Origin: a virus
Lineage: Duplodnaviria > Caudoviricetes
Virus record (IMG/VR): IMGVR_UViG_3300044708_000041
Location: 1 to 32,748 of that record
DNA length: 32,748 nucleotides
Reading direction: 5' to 3' (one strand)
Made by a program: the position numbers and the translations under genes. Under the pieces are notes generated by a model that saw nothing but the letters and a program-made list of their open reading frames with translations, made no database searches and had not been told where the DNA came from. The stretch's first letter is position 1, and each line of letters begins with the position of its first letter. Below, in pieces: positions 26,528 through 32,748 of the stretch.

Positions 26528-27496
26528 ATGAAAGACATATTCACGATGACAAACATTGATATTACCAATTTGCTTTCGAGTTGTTCCAAACTCAAGCCCG
26601 CCGACCTAATCATTGATGACCTTCAATGGAAATACCTCGTTCGTTCCGTTTATCGTGGAAAAAACATCCTTTTAGTAGGTGCGACCCGTAGCGGTAAGAC
26701 CAAAGCAGCGATTTCTGTGGCCAAAGCGCTTGGTCGAGAAGACAAATTCTACAAATTCAATTTCGGTTCCACTCAAGACGCTCGAGCGACCATCATCGGA
26801 AACACCACCTTCAAAAAAGAAGAAGGAACGGTCTTCAATCCCTCCCAATTCGTCTCTGCCATTCAAACGCCGGGGGCTATTATTCTGCTTGACGAGTTGA
26901 GTCGTGGTCATCACGACGCTTGGAACATCATAATGCCTGTATTGGATACGACCCAGCGGTATCTTCGATTGGATGAACGAGAGGATTCCGCTGTAATTCC
27001 AGTCGCTGAAGGTGTCACTTTCATCGCCACAGCGAACATCGGTAACGAATACACCGCGACGAGGGTAATGGATAAGGCTCTTACGGCCCGATTTCCAACC
27101 ATCATCGAAATGAAGACCTTAAATAAGGATGAAGAGTTTGAATTGTTAACCGTTATCCACCCAACTGCCACTAAGGAACAAAGAGAAAGTTTTTACACTC
27201 TTTGTCGAATCGCCAACGATACCAAGGAACAGTCCAGAATGGAAGACGCTAAGATTGATTCCTTCATTCCGACCGGAACGGTGGTTGAGATGGCGGAGAT
27301 GGTTTTGGATGGTTTCTCATTGAAGGAAATTGTGGCGACTTCGGTCTATCCGTTGTATGGTGAAGAAGGCGGCGCTGACAGCCAACGTTTGTATGTTAAA
27401 CAAATGGTTCAAAAGTATTTGGGCAAAGACCCTGACCCTAATTCCCCAATCAACGACCCAGCGAAGCCTGCTGGTAAGGTCCGAATCAATTTCTAA
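26528..27496 (+). CDS. MoxR/CbbQ/CobS-family AAA+ ATPase
   Basis: NILLVGATRSGKT (Walker A), IILLDELSR (Walker B), FIATANIGNEY, MDKALTARF. Confidence 0.9.
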   Translation: MKDIFTMTNIDITNLLSSCSKLKPADLIIDDLQWKYLVRSVYRGKNILLVGATRSGKTKAAISVAKALGREDKFYKFNFGSTQDARATIIGNTTFKKEEGTVFNPSQFVSAIQTPGAIILLDELSRGHHDAWNIIMPVLDTTQRYLRLDEREDSAVIPVAEGVTFIATANIGNEYTATRVMDKALTARFPTIIEMKTLNKDEEFELLTVIHPTATKEQRESFYTLCRIANDTKEQSRMEDAKIDSFIPTGTVVEMAEMVLDGFSLKEIVATSVYPLYGEEGGADSQRLYVKQMVQKYLGKDPDPNSPINDPAKPAGKVRINF

Positions 27497-29901
27497 TGAA
27501 TAAGACCATTACCAAAAAGCAAGAAAAAGACGAAGCGGGCGCAGGTTTTTGGTTAGACAATGACCTGATTGACCAATACATCCCTGATAAAGAAAAGGGA
27601 AGTGAAAAAGCGACTTTCTCTTTAGACTTGATTCAGTTGGCTGCTTATCGGAGAGTCATTTCGAATTTCGTGAGCATTCTCACGAACAAGAACATTCCTG
27701 TTCAATTCTTTTCGAAGGCTGCCGCTGCCAATTTTACTGATGGTAAAGTTGTTTGGTTGTCATCGACGATTCGCCAAAAACAGGACTTCGATTGGTCTGT
27801 TGGTCTGGCCCTCCACGAAGGTTCCCATATCAAACTCAGTAATTTTGACGTTCTTAAAAGCATGTTCATGAGGGTTCCACTCCCTTTACCTATCGAAATC
27901 AAGAAAAAGGCCAGAGAGAAGAATATTAGTAATGAACAGTTGGCATATATGTGTAAGTGGGTCTTCAATTTCGTGGAAGACCGATATGTTGATAGTTTCA
28001 TCTACGATGAAGCGCCGGGCTATCGGTTTTACTATCAAGCGTTGTATAACCAATTTTGGAACAGTAAAGAAATTTCCGAAGGTATCCGTTCCAACATGTA
28101 TCGTGTTCCGAGTTTGATTGCCTATGAATTTCGAGTAATCAATCTCACCAATCCTGACACTGACTTGGATGCTTTGCCCGGTCTTCGACAAATTGCCGAG
28201 ATGATTAGCATCTCAAACATTTTTCGTCTCAAATCCGCCAGTGACCGTATGAAACTTTCGATTGAAGTTCTCGGCGTTATTCTGGATAATTTGGGCAAAC
28301 AACCGATTATTCCTGAACAAGCAGCCGGTTCGACAATGAAAAAAGTTCATGAGAAATTGATTGAACGATTTGTCAATATGTTCGGTGACGACCCTAAACC
28401 CGGCGATGGTAAGCCCGATAAGGATAAAAATGGAAAAGATAATTCCGATAATAGCAATAAGCCTGCTGGTAGTCCCGGTGATTCTGATGACGATTCTAAA
28501 AGTGATACAGATTCCGGTGATTCTAAGGATGATGACAGACCTTCTGACAAATCTGGAAAAAGTGGCGAACCGAAACATGAAGACCCTTTTAACACTCCCG
28601 ACCCTGCCGAAATCCAAGACAAGATTGAACACCCTCCAAAAGAAAGAAATCTCGCCAACGATGAAGGCGACACCAGTGAATTTTCCACCAAAGAATTGAA
28701 GAAAATTCGTGAAGAGTTTGCCAAACAACAAAAGATTCTCAAACACGATTACGATAGTGTCAAGGAAGAAGTTTCGGATAGTGAACAATCTCTGTTAGAT
28801 GTAATCGAGAAGGCTGGTATCGTTCTTGTTCCTGCCGGATTCGGTATGGGTGATATGAATGGTAGGAGTCAACCTTTGCCGGGAGACTACACACAAGCGG
28901 CTGTAGATGTCATCGTTGTTCAAAAACTGACCAAAGAGTTACTTGAATCTGGCCGAAAAGTTTTTCCTATGGCCGCTGTTGAACACGTTCCCGGAGGAAC
29001 ATTCACACCACCTGCCAAATATAGTGAAGCCGTGGCTCAAGGATTTCAATTGGGCCGGCTCTTGGGAAAGAAACTTCAAGTTCGTGGTGAAATCAACATC
29101 ACCAAATTTATCCGAAAGGTGTCCGGAAAAATTGAACGACGATTGCTTCACGGTATCGGCGCCGGTATGGAAGATGTGTTTAACAAAATCCACATCGAGA
29201 AATTTAATAAGGCCAGACTCCATCTATCGGTGGATGCCAGTTCCTCTATGGCTGGTGACGAAAAGTGGTTGCCTACAATGAAATGTGTCACGGCAATTTG
29301 TGTGGCTGCTTCAATGGTTGATAATCTAAGCGTATCAGTCTCATTCCGGTGTACTCACAATTTATCGGATGGAACAACTCTTCCGTATGTCGTAATGGCA
29401 TACGATTCTGATAAGGATAAAATATCCAAGGTTCGAAATTTCTTTCCATTCCTCAAAGCCGAGGGTTCTACTCCTGAGGGTCTGTGTTTCGAAGCCATCA
29501 TGGACAAATTCATTATCGGAAAGAAAACCGATGAACAAGACCATTATTTTGTCAATCTTTCAGACGGCGAACCGGCTTATTCCTTGTCTCCGAGGAATAA
29601 CAAATACAAGACTGCTTTGGAATATATCGGCGAAGCCGGTGTTCTTCACACCAAGAAACAAGTCGAGAAAATTCGGTTGGCCGGTGTCACCGTGATGAGT
29701 TATTTTATTAGTAGTCAATATGACGCTTTTGGAATGTTGGGTTATAGTCCAAGGTCGAGTAGTGGACCCCAAATTCCATATACCGACACGCTTAAATTAC
29801 AGTTCCAAAAGATGTATGGGAAAGATTCTCGTTTCATCAATGTAACAAGCCTTTTAGATGTCGCTAAAACAATCAATCAACTTTTTCTAATGAAGGATTA
29901 A
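27496..29901 (+). CDS. Metallopeptidase-like (HExxH) plus vWA domain protein (CobT/NorD-like partner of the AAA+ ATPase)
   Basis: Coupled TAATG. ALHEGSHI and NFVEDRYVD (zincin-like), D/S/G/K-rich linker, MIDAS elements VDASSSM, GSTPEG and LSDGEP. Confidence 0.85.
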   Translation: MNKTITKKQEKDEAGAGFWLDNDLIDQYIPDKEKGSEKATFSLDLIQLAAYRRVISNFVSILTNKNIPVQFFSKAAAANFTDGKVVWLSSTIRQKQDFDWSVGLALHEGSHIKLSNFDVLKSMFMRVPLPLPIEIKKKAREKNISNEQLAYMCKWVFNFVEDRYVDSFIYDEAPGYRFYYQALYNQFWNSKEISEGIRSNMYRVPSLIAYEFRVINLTNPDTDLDALPGLRQIAEMISISNIFRLKSASDRMKLSIEVLGVILDNLGKQPIIPEQAAGSTMKKVHEKLIERFVNMFGDDPKPGDGKPDKDKNGKDNSDNSNKPAGSPGDSDDDSKSDTDSGDSKDDDRPSDKSGKSGEPKHEDPFNTPDPAEIQDKIEHPPKERNLANDEGDTSEFSTKELKKIREEFAKQQKILKHDYDSVKEEVSDSEQSLLDVIEKAGIVLVPAGFGMGDMNGRSQPLPGDYTQAAVDVIVVQKLTKELLESGRKVFPMAAVEHVPGGTFTPPAKYSEAVAQGFQLGRLLGKKLQVRGEINITKFIRKVSGKIERRLLHGIGAGMEDVFNKIHIEKFNKARLHLSVDASSSMAGDEKWLPTMKCVTAICVAASMVDNLSVSVSFRCTHNLSDGTTLPYVVMAYDSDKDKISKVRNFFPFLKAEGSTPEGLCFEAIMDKFIIGKKTDEQDHYFVNLSDGEPAYSLSPRNNKYKTALEYIGEAGVLHTKKQVEKIRLAGVTVMSYFISSQYDAFGMLGYSPRSSSGPQIPYTDTLKLQFQKMYGKDSRFINVTSLLDVAKTINQLFLMKD

Positions 29902-29912
29902 AGAAATGATTA

Positions 29913-29941
29913 TTGACATTCGCTATAATTTCCAGTAAAGT
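29913..29941 (+). promoter_or_regulatory. Putative sigma70-type promoter
   Basis: TTGACA (29913-18), 17 nt, TAAAGT (29936-41). Confidence 0.55.
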
Positions 29942-29964
29942 AGTAAAGTAAACCCAACAAAGTT

Positions 29965-30351
29965 ATGAATGATAGAAAAACACAACGAAAAAACAAAACA
30001 AACTTGGTCATTAAGTGGCCAACCAACGATGAATATTTCACTATTAAGAGCCTCCAAGCGCTTAATCCTGATTTCATCGAAATCACCCTTCGAGTCCGCT
30101 TGAACAAAGCAATTACCGAAGAAAACCTTGTGGCTCCTATTGGAACACGTAACTGTGGGAAGGGCAGACCAGAACTCGTTTTGGCAATGCGTCCTGTCAA
30201 ACAGTCGGTGTTAGAAAAGGCCAAGGAAAACAAAATCTTTTTGGTCGAAGATTCAAAGTTGATTCCTGTGATGGAAATCAACGTGAACGATTCAACTCCT
30301 TCTGTGGCGCCAGTCACGAATGTTGTTGGTAAGACGGTGGTAACGGCCTAG
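29965..30351 (+). CDS. Hypothetical protein, possible winged-helix DNA-binding protein
   Basis: YFTIKSLQALNPDFIEITLRVRLNKAI...VAPIGTRNCGKGRPELV resembles a wHTH with a GRP wing. Confidence 0.55.
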   Translation: MNDRKTQRKNKTNLVIKWPTNDEYFTIKSLQALNPDFIEITLRVRLNKAITEENLVAPIGTRNCGKGRPELVLAMRPVKQSVLEKAKENKIFLVEDSKLIPVMEINVNDSTPSVAPVTNVVGKTVVTA

Positions 30352-30374
30352 AGAAACAATTTGGATTGTCGTAT

Positions 30375-30569
30375 ATGGGTAAGAAAAAAGTTAAGAAACC
30401 AGAGCCGCTCTATTTCCACTTTCCCATATACGGCATTCTCAATTTAGACGATAAGAATATCATCAAGGTGAGTTTAGATAGGGATGAAATTCTGATGGAA
30501 TTGGATTTGGAAACAGATAAGAATCTGTGTGAGATTCAATTCCCTGCTACCGTAGTTATCCCTTCTTAG
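30375..30569 (+). CDS. Small hypothetical protein
   Basis: ATG 30375 in TATG context; 64 aa filling the gap. Confidence 0.5.
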   Translation: MGKKKVKKPEPLYFHFPIYGILNLDDKNIIKVSLDRDEILMELDLETDKNLCEIQFPATVVIPS

Positions 30570-30816
30570 TTTCGTCTTCTTCTTTTTTACCTTCAAAGAC
30601 AACTTTCCGTTTGAAGGAGATTTTGTCGGTTGTATCACGTTTATAATAAACGACTGACACCGACCTAGAGAGTTTACGAACTAAGGCGTCAACCAAGTTT
30701 CTGCTTCCCCAAGCGACTGGCATATCCAAATCGTCGTCAAATAAGGCGAATTCTGTTACCGTCCGCTCGAAATAGTGATATAATAATGCTTTAGGATTGA
30801 TTTTCTTCAATTGCAT
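30556..30816 (-). CDS. Small hypothetical protein
   Basis: 86 aa minus-strand ORF in an otherwise unoccupied gap, preceded on its strand by TACTTATA (30824-30831), a variant of the late box. Confidence 0.55.
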   Translation of the reverse strand: MQLKKINPKALLYHYFERTVTEFALFDDDLDMPVAWGSRNLVDALVRKLSRSVSVVYYKRDTTDKISFKRKVVFEGKKEEDETKKG

Positions 30817-30830
30817 GGTATCATATAAGT

Positions 30831-32141
30831 ATGAGTCATTTTTCCAATTGGTTTGAACAACCTACTAATACTCAGGTATTGCCTGAGAAAGATTTGCCAA
30901 AATCTCCTGCGTCGAAGACGTATGCAGCCGAGTCTGTTTTGAACCAATTCACCGACCAATGCTTTGACTACGAAGTAGAAAAACAGAAGATGATTGAACA
31001 ACTCGATAGGATGAAGGCTTTGTCTGTAAAGGAATTCACATTGAGAAAGAAGTATGAGGAACTTTATGATTTGGATTTAAATTTGTTTTATGAATCATTT
31101 CGAGATGCTAAGGCGAAAATTTGGTCGCCTTCTGATATTAATAACGAAGAACAAACCGTTAAAGAGATTACAGAATTATCTCCAATTCTCAGAACTGCCT
31201 ACTCTGATGAAGATAAACAAATTTGGACTGCATTGAGATATTGTTGTAGCGCCGCCGAATTTGACCAGACACCGGGACGATACATACGATTTTTCATGGT
31301 GGATAACAATACCGATAAGATTTTAGGTATCATCGCAGTGTCGAGTGATTTCGCCGGACTTCCTCCTAGAGAAAAATTTATTGGTTGTGAGAAATGGGAG
31401 AAAAAAGAGAAACTGAAAAAGATTATTCCTTTTTGGGCGAACGGACAGACGATTGTCCCTACCCAACCTTTCGGCTCACTTTGTTTGGGTGGAAAATTGG
31501 CGGCTGCTTTGATTCGTTCCAAGGTAGTGAGAGATGAATGGAGTAAGGACCGAGAATCAAAAACACCCACTGTTCTGATTGGCATTACAACCACGTCTCT
31601 TTACGGTAAGGAAGGTGGAACACAGTATAGTAGTATTCCACAATGGGAATCTTTGGGTCATACTGCCGGAAAAGTGGCCTTGAAACCGCCCGAGAAAATT
31701 TACCAATTGTGGCATGATGTAATCAGACGAAAACATCCAGATGCTTACAAGAAAATGATGACACAAAAAGAGGGTGTCTCAGGTCCGGTCACAAATGCTA
31801 AAGGAAAAGTCATCGACGCCATTTTCAAAGAAGCCGGTCTTAAAAAATCGAACTATAATCATGATTATCCGAGGGGTGTCTATTGTAGTATATTCTACGA
31901 GAATGGAAGAGAATTCCTATTGAACGGATTGCCTGAAAGTCAACTCATTCTTAAACCAATTTTCAGAGGCGACGACACTAAGACAATGGTGGACTGGTGG
32001 CGTCCGAAGGCGATTAAGAGATACCAGAAGATGAAATTGGAGAATCGTTTGAATGGAGAGAAGTTATTCTACAAAATAGATAAGTCCTCCTACTCCGATT
32101 TTGAAGATGGTTGGGAGAAATTTAAAGCGGAGAATTTATAA
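30831..32141 (+). CDS. DUF4338 / Druantia DruA-like protein
   Basis: PGRYIRFFMVD...ILGIIAVSS...REKFIG, IVPTQPFGSLCLGGKLAAAL, LIGITTTSLYG...QYS, LGHTAG match the DUF4338 pattern. Confidence 0.75.
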   Translation: MSHFSNWFEQPTNTQVLPEKDLPKSPASKTYAAESVLNQFTDQCFDYEVEKQKMIEQLDRMKALSVKEFTLRKKYEELYDLDLNLFYESFRDAKAKIWSPSDINNEEQTVKEITELSPILRTAYSDEDKQIWTALRYCCSAAEFDQTPGRYIRFFMVDNNTDKILGIIAVSSDFAGLPPREKFIGCEKWEKKEKLKKIIPFWANGQTIVPTQPFGSLCLGGKLAAALIRSKVVRDEWSKDRESKTPTVLIGITTTSLYGKEGGTQYSSIPQWESLGHTAGKVALKPPEKIYQLWHDVIRRKHPDAYKKMMTQKEGVSGPVTNAKGKVIDAIFKEAGLKKSNYNHDYPRGVYCSIFYENGREFLLNGLPESQLILKPIFRGDDTKTMVDWWRPKAIKRYQKMKLENRLNGEKLFYKIDKSSYSDFEDGWEKFKAENL

Positions 32142-32432
32142 ATGACTACATTACAAATAATGTTGTGGGTGTTAAGCGCTATCGGAACAGTGTTTTCTAC
32201 ACTGACCACGATAGTAATCTTCAAACGAATCGCTAGGTTACAAAAACGGGCAGTTAGAGCGGATGCTGATATAAATACTTTACATAAGAACCAAGAAGTG
32301 TTAATGTCCTCACTCGTCAATTTGAATAAACAGATAAAGCATAATGAAAAAACCGGCAAAGAAATCAAAAGACAAGTCAAAGTCAGATTCTCAGGAGAGC
32401 GATCAGGTCGCGAAGGGTCTGGGCCTGTTTGA
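32142..32432 (+). CDS. Small membrane-anchored coiled-coil protein
   Basis: N-terminal TM segment LQIMLWVLSAIGTVFSTLTTIVIF, then a basic helical tail. Starts right after the previous stop. Confidence 0.55.
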   Translation: MTTLQIMLWVLSAIGTVFSTLTTIVIFKRIARLQKRAVRADADINTLHKNQEVLMSSLVNLNKQIKHNEKTGKEIKRQVKVRFSGERSGREGSGPV

Positions 32433-32748
32433 CCACATTAAGCATATCCAAAAGATTCAAGACCCAGATTATTTTAACACACTTACCGAGTTAGACAAAA
32501 AAACATTTAACCATTTCATGATTTTAAGGGCGTTGTCCATGAACCCAACGTTACTGGACATCGTGGCGATGATGTATCAATTTATTGACACAATTCCATC
32601 GCCTCAATTTTATCAAACACTTATCTCAATTGTTCCAATTGACCGGAATTACTATCCTTGGATTAAAGCCAAGAAGAAACACAAAATCAGTAAAGAATTG
32701 ATTCGGTTGGTAATGGAAGGGTATGAAGTCTCGCCTGACCACGCTGTT
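32344..32748 (+). CDS. Clamp loader small subunit (T4 gp62-like), 3'-truncated; not in the ORF track
   Basis: Translated by hand: ...GLFDHIKHIQKIQDPDYFNTLTELDKKTFNHFMILRALSMNPTLLDIVAMMYQF...QFYQTLISIVPIDRNYYPWIKAKKK. Open to the window end. Confidence 0.7.
   Translation, partial: MKKPAKKSKDKSKSDSQESDQVAKGLGLFDHIKHIQKIQDPDYFNTLTELDKKTFNHFMILRALSMNPTLLDIVAMMYQFIDTIPSPQFYQTLISIVPIDRNYYPWIKAKKKHKISKELIRLVMEGYEVSPDHAV

Noticed and set aside
26528-29901. CobS/CobT cobaltochelatase supporting the B12-dependent RNR
   Set aside because: No CobN or other cobalamin genes in the window. The HExxH plus vWA architecture fits a generic MoxR-vWA system.
30831-32141. Complete Druantia defence system
   Set aside because: Only the DUF4338-like gene is present, with no DruE helicase or other Dru genes adjacent.
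1-32748. Stop-codon reassignment, as seen in some large phages
   Set aside because: Genes are intact and densely packed in the standard code, and TAA, TGA and TAG all end plausible ORFs.
1-32748. tRNA genes, CRISPR arrays, introns or inteins
   Set aside because: Intergenic gaps are short, with no cloverleaf or repeat-spacer pattern seen. Helicase, RecA, RNR and polymerase are uninterrupted and lack intein-size insertions.

Overview
A 32.7 kb segment of a large (probably jumbo-class) contractile-tailed phage with distant T4-like organisation, in the standard genetic code and almost entirely on the + strand. It opens with a 5'-truncated NUMOD3/PD-(D/E)XK homing endonuclease and a tail module: tube, a HIGH-motif nucleotidyltransferase, a gp26/gp51-like chaperone pair, tape measure and three baseplate genes. 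A replication/recombination block follows: thumb-less family-A polymerase, gp32-like SSB, UvsX/RecA, 5'-3' exonuclease, DnaB/gp41 helicase and class II RNR, with a gp62-like clamp-loader subunit at the right edge. Accessory genes include a Mom-like DNA-modification enzyme, a DUF4338/DruA-like protein, a MoxR AAA+ ATPase with a metallopeptidase-vWA partner, and a membrane protein paired with a pseudo-receiver. Two promoter classes are interleaved: canonical TTGACA-17-TATAAT sigma70 promoters, several apparently leaderless, and a recurring TATTTATA box (the reverse complement of the T4 late promoter) before structural or virion-like genes. The most notable observations are a candidate UCC_UUU_CUA +1 frameshift fusing the two tail chaperone ORFs, a shared LKxxIxExIxE peptide in late proteins, strong AGCT/GATC avoidance and TATG starts without Shine-Dalgarno sites. 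All family calls come from motif recognition by eye, not database searches.
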